Notes: a model not told the origin generated them from the sequence alone. A stretch of 64,000 nucleotides of DNA from Ptychomitrium polyphyllum (GCA_973851085.1 OZ316775.1:4216001-4280000); one strand, 5' to 3'. Positions 1 through 13,472 are shown, numbered from the stretch's first letter. Numbers and translations: made by a program.

Positions 1-956
1 CTGCACCGTAAGTTACCAGCTTGATATTCTCAAGAACCCAGCTGTCCCAATGATCAATCAAATCCTGCAAGTGTTGTCAGTGACAAGAAAATGACCCCAA
101 CACACCACACTTTATCATAATAGTCACCACCAATTCTCACAGCATCTGCTTTTCCAGTTCCAAAACCACATGTAGCTGTGATGGCTAATCGATACAAGCA
201 CATCAATTCCAATGATTTGAGGCCTAAGCTGTGCATCTGAGTCAGTCTTTCCGACTTTCCATCACCCAGCCATAATGCAACGGATCCTCAAGCTTGATGA
301 AAATTTAACTCCAAAATCAAAAAAATCTCAGACGTGGTGTTGGAAGATACCGGTGTTGCTAATGAACCACAACACTACACAGAAGTTCAACAACTGATGC
401 TATACGTCATCAAAAACTCACCTGAACAGAGAAATGCTTGTTGAATCGATTGCAGGTCACTGACCGGGTGCATTAAGTAAACCTTACTTTAACAAGACTC
501 AAAAAGAAAAACCTAACGCAACAAAATCAAAGGAGAAGCTTACAGACTTACCGAAATCAAACGAAAATGTATGATGTCCAAGTACAGAGTCCACGAATTA
601 CACATCCACCATAGCCTTCAAGCCGTAACTCACAAAATGCAAGCAATGGATCACAACATAAATCATTTTAAAACTGACAATCGCATAGTCACATGAGCTC
701 AATCTAGTTCTACACAACAAGAACATTGACACAAAGACCGGTTCTTGGACAAATGCAAATTTGTGTCTACTTCCGAAGACCATTAAATTGTTCAAGTCAT
801 GTTGTCAAATGTACAAGGCCAATATCTCTGCAGTCGGATACCAGGCGAGAGTAAAAACCTACACAATTGCCTACCTGATCGATGAGATCAACAAGCAGCT
901 AACCTCTATAGTAATCTCTACACATATTGCTACAAAAACCTCGCTCGATTGCAACA

Positions 957-1673
957 TCATGACTTCCTCGATCTCCGAGAAGTCGAGAATGTCAACCCCG
1001 AGAAGAAGCCACTGAAGAAATTCGACGACGCCTTCTTGGGCTTCCGGAAGATGGACTCGAGGACCTTGTGCCTATTTGACATGGACGACGCTATGTCGCC
1101 GTGCCATGAGTGGGGCATGTCCTTCGAGATCGTGCGATCACGGGAAGAATTCGATGTTGGCATCTCGGTCTCCTCCCAAAGTGCCAGGCTCTCCATACGA
1201 TCTTCTTTCTCCAGCTCGCGACGGAAGCTGTGGCCCATAGCGAAACTATCGCTGAGCGTGTTCGAGGTCTTGTCGAGAGTGGGCTCGACATGGAACTTCT
1301 TCCGAAGCTCCCTACGCAGGCCGATATCCGAGCAGCACGCGGTGGAGTGACGAGCGGGCACATAGTCGGCGCTGGAGCGCAGGGCGAAGTCCGCCAGGGA
1401 GATGTCGTCGTCCGAGGACATGGTGTTGCTTGTGCACGTTGTGGCCGTGAACACCGAGATGGTGTCGTCCTCGGAGATGGTGTCAGTTGCCATGGCCATG
1501 CCCACGGTGTTGACGCGCTCGAGCTCTGGAGATTCCAGTGAGCTAGACTTGGCCACGGGTTGCACTCGCGCTGTGGTGCTGAAGCGGCGCCCCAAGTTGG
1601 CGTAGCGGAATGGGGTGGACTTCGCGGTGGTGGTGGACGTCTCGCCTGGGAAGGTTAATTTGTAAACGCCCAT
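957..1673 (-). CDS. Uncharacterised Ser/Thr-rich, probably disordered protein (~238 aa from ATG at 1673), single coding exon
   Basis: Long GC-rich ORF (957..1739 in the track; first true ATG at 1673, MGVYKLTFP...). Acidic semi-repeat TISEDDTIS/TMSSDDDIS and basic C-terminus. No family recognised. Minus-strand splice-like signals on both sides suggest spliced UTRs. Confidence 0.65.
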   Translation of the reverse strand: MGVYKLTFPGETSTTTAKSTPFRYANLGRRFSTTARVQPVAKSSSLESPELERVNTVGMAMATDTISEDDTISVFTATTCTSNTMSSDDDISLADFALRSSADYVPARHSTACCSDIGLRRELRKKFHVEPTLDKTSNTLSDSFAMGHSFRRELEKEDRMESLALWEETEMPTSNSSRDRTISKDMPHSWHGDIASSMSNRHKVLESIFRKPKKASSNFFSGFFSGLTFSTSRRSRKS

Positions 1674-4334
1674 CTTGGTGGTGGCAGCGGATGACTCCCG
1701 AGATGAATCTGTCTGTCTTACTAACACTCTGCCCGGCACCTACACTCGAGCTACAAAACCTGCCTCTTGGCAATACTCTCCTGGCAATTCGATCGCAAAT
1801 CACTAACACGTAACACATTCAGCAGAATCTGCAAACGACACTCACAAGAAACACCGCAAGAGCGAACCTACACTGCTCGCAGCTCCTCATCTTGTTCCGC
1901 CTGGACCAATACGGCAATGCAATCTTATAATTACTAAACCTGCTGCCTTGAGGTGTGACCCTGCAAATGATTCTAAAGCTGTACCCTCGCAGTAACGTCC
2001 TGTAACGAATCTCTGGAAAGAAGTATCCTTCGAAAACTGTTAGCTTGACAAATCCAAGTTGTCGACGTCAGTCATTGCAAGTAACACTTTCAAACAGAAA
2101 CAGCTTCTTCTCCGCCACGAACGGTAACTGTAGACATCAATTGCAGCTCTCCTTCGGTGTCTATGCGCCTAATTATCTTCAACCGTTTACTACAAACCTC
2201 GGTAACTGAGTCTCGAACTTAATGAGAGCTACTTCTCCTGACAGGCGCTTGTTACAGCGAGAAAACAGTCTCAGCTAAAGATCGTGGTGTGTTCATGAGA
2301 GCGGGGTTAAGAAATACATAGACTGTAACGGCTCTCAGATGGCTCAAAGACTCTCAGATTGCAGCGACTCTGTGCTATGATATCTCTAAGACAATTAGCA
2401 GAGCTCTTCAAGTGGGGAGTGGGATGGAACTGTAATGAAGATTCGGCTACCTTGGAGTCTCTAAAAATGCATTCCGGAAGCCGCAATTTGGTGGGGCAAT
2501 CCGGCCATCACGTGCAGGGGGCGCTGCCTGGCCAGCGCTAGCGGTAGGGTCTTCAGTAGCGCAGTAATTGACTGTCCCCATTTCCCTCTCCAAACTTTCT
2601 TCGTGGCCTTGGATTCACCCCAACATTGAGTCCATGCTGGCATTCATCGCCAGTGAAAAAACAAACCAGTCGCTTATTAACCTCATCGCCACTTCATTAT
2701 GCTCTATTATTGACCCTTTCCGGTCACTCCACAATTTACACACCTCATGGAGATTTGATTGTAGGACAACCAAAGTACTCATCACCACCGGTCTCTGCTT
2801 CTAATTTGTTGGTGTTGAGAGTAAAAACCTTGTTTTGTATTCTTTTTGTTTTTTTTATTTGCCTCAGAAGTGAGATACCATGATCATGCCAAGAGGGTGG
2901 TAGATTTCTTGAGTGCCAGAGTTAAAGTGGATTAAATGTTATCGGTAGAATTTATTGACAGTCATGGCTCATAATACTGGTCCGTGCAAGTGCTGTAGCA
3001 AACAGTAAATACTCAGGCTTTGCATTGGGATTGAATCCACGTTCTCCAAAAAGTCCAAAGATTTCACTTTCTCCACGGTTAATATTCTTCTACATAGTTG
3101 TTACGCAGAATATTGGAGCTCACAATGATTCCACGTAGGATATTATAGGTAGCCAGTGGCATTTGCGTGTGCTTTGAGCTGTTCTGAGTGTGCAAATTAT
3201 GATTCCAAGTGGTGGTTGACATGGGTTACATACGTGCAATTAAGAGGAACTACATTGGTGAACTATATTATCTGACGAGATTAAAGGAATCAAGTCACGT
3301 TTGAACTATATTAAATTGGTATTTAGAGTCACCAACGGTAAGTTCTCACAAGCTTTTGATTGGAACATTAAAAGCACTTTTTAATCATTTTATGAATACT
3401 GTTATTCAGAAAGTGATTCACCATGACTGTAATCACAGTGTGACACAAAATTCCATTTAGTGTACAGTGGGTCCTTTCCATGTCTTCAACGAAGACAGAA
3501 GAACTGCACGCATGTTCCCAAAATTGATAAACAGGCTGTTCGCGTTTACAACCAATCTGATTCCAGAAACGAAGCATTCGCTGGCGCCAAAGCCTCTTGT
3601 TTAAGTTGAGAGGCGGATGGGGGGAAGTGTCACCTAGTTTCCAAATTCAACCAAGACTTCAATTGAGCAGGTCGCTGATGAGTTTGTCATCCCTTCAGTT
3701 TCTAAAGATGCCTCAGGGACACTGTATTTAACGATAGTAAAAATTGCCTTGTCGGATTATTAACCAGTACAGCACTAAGTAAGACTAGTTCGTTAAAAAC
3801 TGTGTTACAGTTGTGGCTTGCAACTTAGATGCAATGTACCTAAAACAATGATTTTTCTTCCGTCCAATATCCTGAGTGAGGGAAGCAGTGGCTGAGTGGC
3901 AGGTCACAGTTTTGTTTCCATCGTTGAAGAGTTCATTGTACCAAAAATGGCATTTAGTGTCCTACAACTTAAGTGTCTTGATGCATTACCTTCCAGGTAT
4001 CTCTATTCATGAACAGCTTACAAAATATCCTGTTGTCTAATCAGAACCTTTTTCGAATATAGTATTGGTGACACTGGGTCGGCGATTTACATTAATTATC
4101 ATAGCAAGATGTTCAAAACTGGTGACGCTAAACACAGTCATTAGTGAACTCTAGTTTTGCTTCAAGAAGTAACGAGATCGTCATCCACTTCAACGAGAAA
4201 ATCGACCCCTCGTAATTTGAATTGCTCTAACTATAGCTGAGTTTCCTATATCGTGATCAGTAATCTGGATGCTGTCAGCCCCTCGGAGCTCAAGGTCCTG
4301 AATTGCAAATCACAACTAGCATCCAGATTCCAGT

Positions 4335-4372
4335 CCAAGACCAAGGCCAAGACCAAGACCAAGACCAAGACC
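4335..4372 (+). repeat. (CCAAGA)n hexanucleotide microsatellite, ~6 units
   Basis: ccaaga ccaagg ccaaga ccaaga ccaaga ccaaga cc read directly. Confidence 0.9.
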
Positions 4373-6640
4373 CTCTAGTGCCAAACTTCACTAAAAGTGG
4401 TATTTTATACCACCGATTCTAAATATGTCAGTATGATACTAAATGATAGTATGATACCGCCGAACCAGTGTACCAACCTTTATATGTTACCAAGGCACTT
4501 GTTAGAGTGTTTGTGAATAGAGTCATCGGCTAAGTGATCTACGGTGATAGTATACTTCGTATGACAGCAAATGCCAAATCCAGTGTTATTCTTATAAAAA
4601 GTGAAGGTCGGCATCGTTGGTCACATCATACATCGTTTTGTTTGACAGCTTTGTTGCTGAAGTAAGTTACTCCAGGAGATATGGCATTGCTTCTTGACGA
4701 GGGTGTCTTTCAGCTTATTTTTCCAATTACACTGCTTATTGCCATTACTGTGAATTTCAGTTAGTAGTCTCGGGTTTTACACTAGTGGATATGTTTCAAA
4801 TTAGAATGGGGATGTAATAATAAAATTAAAAATTATTCAAAAAAAAGACAATTTTCTGTCAATTTCTTAAAATATTATGATTTCAAACTGTTTTATTTTA
4901 TTTACATTAATTTTGATATTAAAATACCACTCTTGACTACAAAAGATCTATTTTGCCACATTACTCTGAGAACTTTGAATCATTGTGGTTTAGAGTTTGC
5001 TTTAATACCTTTAATATATTTTTAAATACTTTCAATCATTTTAATTTAGTGTGAATTGATAATAAAGCTAAAATTCATTTATTATTAGTTGTAATCTATT
5101 ACCAAAGTATAAGGTCTTCCATTGCTAAAAATAGATATAAGGGAATCCAACTTAAGAATGTTGTAAGGATTATTTTGCTAAAGAATGCTATGTTTGGTGC
5201 CAGCTTTCGCAGGTAGCCAATAATGACAATAATAATCCAAAAGAATTCAACAAGCAAATCCAAAATGTCTTTTTAAAAGTAGTTCTATACTACATCTTAT
5301 AGTATATATACAACCTAAATTGTCTGCAAGCCATTTTTTTCATGTAATCACAATCTTTATTATTGTGCCATGTCTTGCAAGAAGGTTATTTCTTTGATAG
5401 TCAAATCTTGTTCATTTGATAATGACAACCTTGACTATATGACCCACTTTTATGCAACCCACTTTTTCTAGATCAAAATTCTCCATGTAATACAATTAGA
5501 CAATATTTCAAACACTCCATGCCCCTACTCCTATGTCATATAATAGAAATTACATGAATGGATTTCATCTACTATCAATGACAATTTAAACAAAAATTAC
5601 CACATTCATTTGTAAATAGAAATTACTTGGAAACTTGTTAGAATTCATTAAGAACTTGTGAAATTATTTGAAAAGTCTTTATGAAGTATGTATATAATAC
5701 CACAATTTTATTGTTTTTGAAAATCCATCTAATTATAAGAAAATGACAATACAAACAAATGTAGGATTTTCTTGCAGCAGTCATGAATTTATAATCTCAA
5801 GCATTCAATCATCAAAAGCAACTAAAGCAAAATATATTTCAAATTGAATGTAGCTTCTACTTGGCAATGATAACCATATATTTTATTGATTTATCAATAT
5901 TTTCATAGTCAATGTGTACACAGCCAAAATTGACTTTGAAATAATATTTTTGTTAAAAAAGAAATGGCAAATCATCATTTCTTATTCAAATGAGGGATTT
6001 GAAGGCTAATATAAGTAATTCAAAGGTAATTTTTTATTCAATTTAGACTTCATGCTTGTTTTTTTGTGAATTATTAAAATGGATAGATTTTTAAAAGCTT
6101 CAATAATATAACAAAATTTTGTGTGTCAATGTGGACTGAACTTGAAATTTAGCAGGTAAAACCATAATTAAAAAAAATATAAAATATAAATTTATCTTGA
6201 ACTAATCTTTTATGAATTAATTTAATTTTCTAAAGCAAAGGAAGAAAGTCTATGCAATTGCAAATTAATAAGAATCCTTAAAAAATTTGAACATTTAAAA
6301 AAATCTAGAATATAAAAAAAAAACATGCATATTAGAATTTTAAAATTAAACATAAATCACTTTAATTTTGAAATAATTTTTTTTTTTTAATATTTTATCT
6401 ATTTGAATGCATAGTTTTAATGTTAACAACTACTATAAATGAATTAAGTTATAAATATGCTTAGTAATTAATATTATTGGCATAATATTGATGAATTGTG
6501 TATGGATGATTTAAGTTTTTTAAAATGAAAGTTCAATCATATTATACCATCAATCTTTTAATTCATATATAAAATGTAGATTGAATTTGAATATTTAATT
6601 TGCCATTAATTCAAACCAATTTTTTTTCATCAAATAGAAG

Positions 6641-6664
6641 TATATATATATATATATATATATA
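6641..6664. repeat. (TA)12 microsatellite; similar TA runs near 7436-7458 and 9254-9273
   Basis: Direct reading. Confidence 0.9.
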
Positions 6665-9600
6665 CATTCACATTTATTCTAAAAATTACATTATAAACTT
6701 TTGAAAGATTTTATACTTAATATCTTGTTATTGAATTATTTAAATCTTATATGCTACTAAAGTGAAGTGCATATTTTTAAAGTAGTTTATGTAATTTTCA
6801 ATAATCAATAAAGATTTTGGATTTTGGACTTTAAATATTTTTTACTAATACTATTATTTTATTATGAAAGATTGAATTGTTGCATTAGAAATTGATAGTA
6901 TTTAGATTATTTTTCAAAAATTGCAAAATATGGCAAGATGAATCAAATTGAAACCTTTACAATATATGATTTTGTATTATTTAGGACTAAAGTTTAATTT
7001 CAAATTTCAATTAATTTGTCGGTTATTTTATTTGAATTGTATCAGATTATGCAATATTATTGTTAAAAATCAAGAAATTTGGAAGTCTTAAATCTTAAAA
7101 AACAAGTAAAGAAAGAATAAAAACATTTGAAGCAAAATATACAAAATTAAACTCTACAGTCATCATGTATTTTTATTAATAAATAAAGAACATATTTTTT
7201 TATTTATAATACCATTATCATAAACTTTAGATCAATCTAAGGAGATGATACCATTCAAAAGTATATAAAAGCAACTTTATTACTAGCAATAAAAAACATA
7301 ATAAATTCCAATTATAATTTATACTCAACTTTATATTTTTCTCAACATATAATACACATTATTGATTGCATGTAATATTTGAATCAAATGTACAAAATAG
7401 ATCTTTCTTTAATCTTCAAAATTTATATTATGTTTATATATATATATATATATATATACAAGTAGTTGCAATTGTCAAAATGTGTAATTACAATGAATTG
7501 TTCTATTCCATTTCTTCCTGTACAAATCAAAATTTGCATATATTGCAAATTTTGAAATATACCTAATTCGAAAATAGTAATCTTAAATTAAAATGAACTT
7601 TTATGTATTTAATAATGCAAATATGATTTAGACATCGATTTTTGTTGTTTATAATTTAAAAATTTCTATCAAGCTTTGAACACTTATAACATATTATGGA
7701 AGAAATCAAAATATTAATTGTCCAAAATTTGGATTTTTAAGTGATAAATAAATCACTAAATTGATAGAAGAAAAGATTTTTTAGAAATGGAATTAGTGCC
7801 TTAATATGGAGCATCAATATTACTACAATAATTAAAATGATGTCTGAGGTTTGGAGCACCAACTTTCCATCTATTTGAAAGCTTAGATTTTAATTCAAAT
7901 CCTAAATTTATTGAAAATTGTATTCCAAAACTTATAATTTTAATTCTAAATTACAAAGTTTGTTACATTTAGTTCCATCTTTCTTTTTCCCTTTGCCATT
8001 TAAAATTACTATTTTTATTTTAATAACTTATCTTTAATTCTATACAAGTGCTATAGCATCTTGTGACAAATGAATAGTGCATTATGTCCTTGCGGATCAT
8101 CAATTTTAAGCTTTAGTGAAAAATCTAAGATCTATAAAACACTGTACAAGATTATCATCATAAGATCATGATTCAGATTAGTTTTTTTCTCTACTTCCAC
8201 CATGAGTTTATCAAAACTTTCCTCCTCAAATAAATTTTTGAATATCTCTATTATCAATAATTCAATTTGTATCTTCTAATTTATGCAAGATTCACACAAA
8301 GAAGCTATAATTTTTGATATTCTCAATAGTATGGTTTACCAAGTACATGGGTAGCATTTCTCAAGTCGTTCCTATTTAATTGCATGTTATAGGCATCACA
8401 TGTGAATTTCCAAGCAATGTAGATTTTGGAGTTGGATGGTCCACATTCCATAAAGTAAATGATTTAGTGTGCCATGGAGATGCTCCAAGTTCCCAACAAT
8501 AGTCTGACAGTACAATTTGTGTGCTGCAATGACGCAGTCACTTTGTTGAATAGCTTCCAGCGAACTGGAAACCACTTGTTTTGGTACTTTGCAAGCTCTC
8601 TCCACAAACCCCGACTAGCTGAGTTTCAGCGTGGCTCCAACTTCGAGAAACCCGGGCAATTAAGGCCGCATTGCTTTATACGGAAAGACAGCAGTAATTC
8701 TGTACATTGCAGAACCGAAAAAAGGACTCCAATGATGCACTCACAACATAGTAACATACAGCCATAGTTCGTAGTAATCAGGTGTTTCAAGTGAATGGAT
8801 TGTAGCAGAAGCGGCAAATGGTACACCACACTCTACTGATATTCAAACGAACCTAGCCTACCTCCGAGAGAGCGGAGCACTTTTTACTTGGAACCAAGTC
8901 ACTCCGGGAATCTGTTGGGAACTAAAAAAGTGTATCTAGTCTCACCTTGGTAAACGAACCTTGACTGCAACAGGAGTTCAAATACGTGACCCAGTTTGCA
9001 CAATGCGGCATTAGGCTGCAATACTTTAAGTTACTGAATCTAATACCATACCTTTTGAAGTTTTTAGGATGTTGGAGCCTAAAAAGTGATGGTTGCAACT
9101 GCAGACTTGAAGGTCATTCTTGCCCATTATGCATGAGGTTTCAGAACCGACCAGATATGTAGTTGGATTCACTCCTCAAGTTCTTTGGTCATCTTTAGAT
9201 ATTCAATACTTCAAGTTGTTATTTTATGTGGAAAACAATGTACGTATGTGTATGTATATATATATATATATATCCTTGATGTGTTGATGCATTTATGTCA
9301 ATCACCACAATGCTTAATGCTTAGCTTCACAAAATTCAACATATCTCTTACATTGAAATCAAATTGAGTATAATGAGATTTTATTTTATAACCGTTAAAT
9401 ACTAGCATGTTATAGAATGCATTGCAAAACCTCAAAGCAAGTACTTATATTTGTAAGTGGAAGTTATTGTAGGATCAAATTGAAAGTTTTCAAAGAATGA
9501 TAAGTCCATTGTAAGGTTTAAGACCTAACAAGGTTAGTTGGAAGCTACATTAGTATTCAAAATGCATTACATTTATAGTTTTAAGTTTTATAGATCTTAC

Positions 9601-9776
9601 ATAATGTTGTAGTTCTTAATTAATGGCTAATAATTTTATATAATTTAAAGTGCAAGGTAATTTGGAATTTATGAAGACAAAAGTTATGATTTTTTTTTAA
9701 AATGCCATTTTGACTTGAATACTTAATAAAATGTGTATACTCATAGCATGTTTAATTATAAAAAATGCAAAAACTT

Positions 9777-10138
9777 TGTCGTACGGATACAAATCATGCA
9801 ACATAATCTTTGGAATCTTTTAAAATCTTTTGATACATTGTAATAGCTTCTTAGAACACTTTCAATGCTTCTATAGCCATTTCACGTCCTTAGAAAACTT
9901 CTTAAGAAAGTTCCACCCTTTGGAAAACTTCTTAAGAAAGTTTCATAGACTTCTAGAATATTCTTTAATTTCATAAAAAGCCTCTTTAGAAGTATCTTTG
10001 GAAATACAAACATCATAATATAAACAAGAAGCAAGACAAGGTATACCTTAATCTTGCCAACACAAGTTGTGAATTATATTGTATTGTGGCCTTGTTTCAA
10101 TCTTTGTGTCAATTTTTATTTAATAAAAGACTACTACA
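9777..10138 (+). mobile_element. Solo LTR / LTR remnant related to the LTRs of the element at 39308-46031
   Basis: Shares the LTR start (TACGGA..ATCATGCAACATAATC), the GAAAACTTCTTAAGAAAGTT subrepeats and the GCAAGACAAGGTATACCTTAATCTTGCCAACACAAGTTGTG block. Begins TG and ends CA. No internal domains adjacent. Ends are approximate. Confidence 0.75.
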
Positions 10139-11792
10139 AATATTTGATATTTTATAATTTCGTAAAATATTTGTAACATGATTTAGATGTAATTTATAAG
10201 AAAGTTATACATTGATTTTATAGCTTCTAAAATTATATCTGAAAACATACAATATAATAGAGATTTTATTCTTAAAGAATTAAAAAGATCCTATCTATTA
10301 TAATATTTAGAGATTATACAAGATGTTTTCTTAAAGAATGGAATCTTTTTATCATTGCGTATATTCCAAAAAATACCATATTATAGCACATAAAAATAGA
10401 AAGAATAATTCTTTGAGATGGAATAGTTTGCATAAAAAGGATTTTGTGAATCTTGGTAGTTGTTCTAATTTAAGCAACTATGTTAGATTGTAATTAAAGA
10501 GCTTCAAAGTTTGGACCTCCTTGAACCTTTTAAATTCTTTTATATCAACCTTTAATTTTTCCTAGGTATTTAAAGTTCTTGCAACTATTTCTTTAAATTA
10601 AAATGCTTTAATACTTATATTATAAGCTGTAGGACTATTATTTATTAAAAGGCACATTTCCAAAACATAAAATGTAGGAATTCTATTTGATGGATAGTTT
10701 ACTTTTTGCCACATATTTTTGGTTTTTTTAAGTTATTGAATATTTCAAAGTTTTTGTGTATGTTGTAAAAATTCAAATTAGATCCAAACTTCATTAGACT
10801 AGGTCCAACAACTTTTACAAAGAACTTTTGGAAGGAGGTTCAAAAGCTCTTTGAATTACATTGGAATATATAATCAAGCAAGACAGGTTTGTAGACTCAC
10901 TTTGTGGAGTATGAAGTTTCAAGCAATACTTTTTAGGCCTCTATAAAAACTATAAAACCATGGGACATATGCCTTATAAATCTTTTCAAACTTGAAGTGT
11001 GCAAAAAAAAATTCCTTACAAAAATGCACGAGAACCAAATTTGAATTGAATGCAAACATTTGATGTTGACACAGTCAGTATTCAAGACTTAACTGATTTA
11101 GACTTTGCACTGGCTTGAACTTGTAGGTTAACTAATTAATTATCTAATAATAATAGTAATAATAATAACAATAATAACAAAAAATCAGAAGTTGAATTGT
11201 TCTTCGGGGTTGCTCTCCTGAATCCAGGAACTAAGTTTAGGATCTTGCGACTCCGCAAATCAGAAGTAAGTTGAAGGTACTGAATTGGATTGAATTGGAG
11301 GAAAACTGTATCATTCTGGAGTGCGACTGAATGTGTCTTCTTAAGCCACATCCTGCAGGCTGCCAAAATATGTAGAATTCATGGAGTATACAACTAGTCC
11401 AGGCTTCGAACGCATTCATACATGAACATGCGCCCAAGGCTGAAGCTGCTCTGGAGCACTAAGTTGGCTTCTTGCGGGCTCAAGCATCCAACAACCAAAT
11501 ATAGTGCTTGCCAAGTATAGAAGGCCTCATTACTCCTACAGGCTTCAGTGTAATGCGTCGGCTGAAATTTAAAATTTCCATGTTTCTAGCGGCCAGATTT
11601 TAAGATATAACCTTTTAATACGGTGAGTGTGTCCTGGGAGTGGAGGCTGTGGATCCAATGCACCTCATTGCGTTGGGAGTGAAAAGGTAAGTGTTCTGGG
11701 CATCAGAGTTGTGTTTAAGGAATAAAAAGTAGGAGCCAATCGTGAGGCCCCAAGAGGCATGTGAGGCATTTCATTTGCATTTCATTTCACAT

Positions 11793-11870
11793 GCAATGCT
11801 GCAATTTGATTAGGCGCAATGCTGCAATTTGATTAGGCGCAATGCTGCAATTTGATTAGGCGCAATGCTG
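11793..11870 (+). repeat. 23-bp perfect tandem repeat GCAATGCTGCAATTTGATTAGGC x3.4
   Basis: Units at 11793, 11816 and 11839 plus a partial unit at 11862; no spacers. Confidence 0.95.
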
Positions 11871-13121
11871 GTGGTGTTATCGGTTGCGCCTAACATACAT
11901 TGTCTCGTCCAAGAAGGACGCTGGAACTGTTTTAAGACTTTTAGCAGCAACTTTATCCACCAGCTCCTCTTCCTGGGCCCTTCTAAACGAGTCCTCTCAA
12001 TAAATTTGTGAACTTGTATTACGTGTAAACTAAGGCGAAGTGATTGGCATGTGTTACTACGAGCGAGACTTAAGTTTCCACGCACTTCGTTTAATTTCAT
12101 CAACCATGGTTATCACGTGGATACTTCAGTGGTAGGAGCAAAATACACAAATTCAACTCAATTGAAAATATTACAACTACACAAATTCTTAGTTGAGCGG
12201 ATTGTACAGTCATTACTAGTCAAACTCTGAACTAAATTGATGTAACTTGCACTATCAGGAACTCAAAACTGTTTACCATGTTCTGAAAACCACGTTTGTC
12301 CTATCTAACGTGGTTTCGTCAGAATCCAGTCTATTTTTTGTAGTAGTGTTTTTACAACGTTGCACACAAAAAAATCTGATACAAATTCTTGAGTTCACAT
12401 TTATTGAATCTATCCCTCGACCACAAATTCTTGTGTTCAGATTTTCTATTGACTTTTCGTGTGAATGGCAGAATAGGTTACTGAGCCTTTAGTTATCCTG
12501 AGCACACAAGAATCCCAGCTACATTTTGTTCTCTCTATTTTAACATCAGATACTTCAGGCATCAGCCCAGGCCCCCAAAGTGAAGAATCGAGTACCTCTA
12601 TGCAAGATATACAATTATAACTTATAACCCACTCGCAGTCCAGGCACAAATGTGAGTATCATAAGTGAATTCTAGGCACACATTCCACACATGAAGAGCA
12701 TAACTGGTATAAGCTCGATTGATATATCCAGACGTGAAACTTTGTACGTATTCAATTTTGGGTGATCTACGCCCAGTTGGATCACTCAAAATATAGCTCA
12801 ATTGATATATCCAGACGTCAAAATATGTACGCCACAAAATAATATATAGAATAATACAAACATGAAGCTGGACACAAAAACCAATAAAAACGGTAAATTT
12901 ATTGCAAATCATAAGTAAACAAACTTAGAAATTTAAGCTACTTCGATGTTTGTCAAAAAACTATAACTGGAAGGTCGACCTGAAATCTCAACAGTAGTTA
13001 GTGTTCATGCTTAACTGACAGGAGTCCGAAAGTCAGACTTTTGTATTGCAGAAAGTTGTGTGTATAACATAACAAAAGATAAGTACTAATTCTAGTGGCC
13101 GGTTAGAAAGTGTCAGAAATT

Positions 13122-13472
13122 TTAACAGAACGGGTTGTTTGTGCTGAATGGAGAAACGTGGTTTTCACCTGCCTCCATATCCACTTCAGAAAATTCCTCT
13201 TCAGCATCTCCTGGCTCTTCCAATTCCTGCTCCTCATCATTGGCACCATGGTGAGCATCGGTGGTATCCTCATCGGTGCTACTCTCATGGGACACACGCA
13301 TAATTTCCAGACGCCCAGAACTGGGTAACCTTCCAGAGTGCAGTTCCTGCCCATTCGCCTCAAAACCGTCTAGTAAAGGTGATCTCCTCCCAGTGGAGAA
13401 ACAAATGAAGCAGCCAACTATGATCAGCAGGATACAGATGGCTGCACACGGTAACACTATTAGGACATTCAT
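13122..13472 (-). CDS. Putative small single-pass membrane protein (116 aa) with N-terminal Cys-containing hydrophobic helix and acidic tail
   Basis: ATG at 13472 (AAAATGAAT). MNVLIVLPCAAICILLIIVGCFICF is a hydrophobic segment, followed by an E/D-rich tail ending NNPFC. Protein-like composition, no recognised family. Confidence 0.5.
   Translation of the reverse strand: MNVLIVLPCAAICILLIIVGCFICFSTGRRSPLLDGFEANGQELHSGRLPSSGRLEIMRVSHESSTDEDTTDAHHGANDEEQELEEPGDAEEEFSEVDMEAGENHVSPFSTNNPFC

Noticed and set aside
949..1605. Several overlapping plus-strand ORFs (133, 143 and 67 aa)
   Set aside because: Shadows of the GC-rich minus-strand ORF 957-1673
4262..4329. 12-bp inverted repeat AATCTGGATGCT/AGCATCCAGATT
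   Set aside because: Stem does not extend and the loop is 44 nt; not precursor-like
11793..11870. 23-bp repeat as a possible CRISPR array
   Set aside because: No spacers, no cas genes, eukaryotic context; a simple minisatellite
12757..13400. Similar ~20-nt stretches encoding TGRRSP in two minus-strand ORFs
   Set aside because: Similarity too short to establish a duplication
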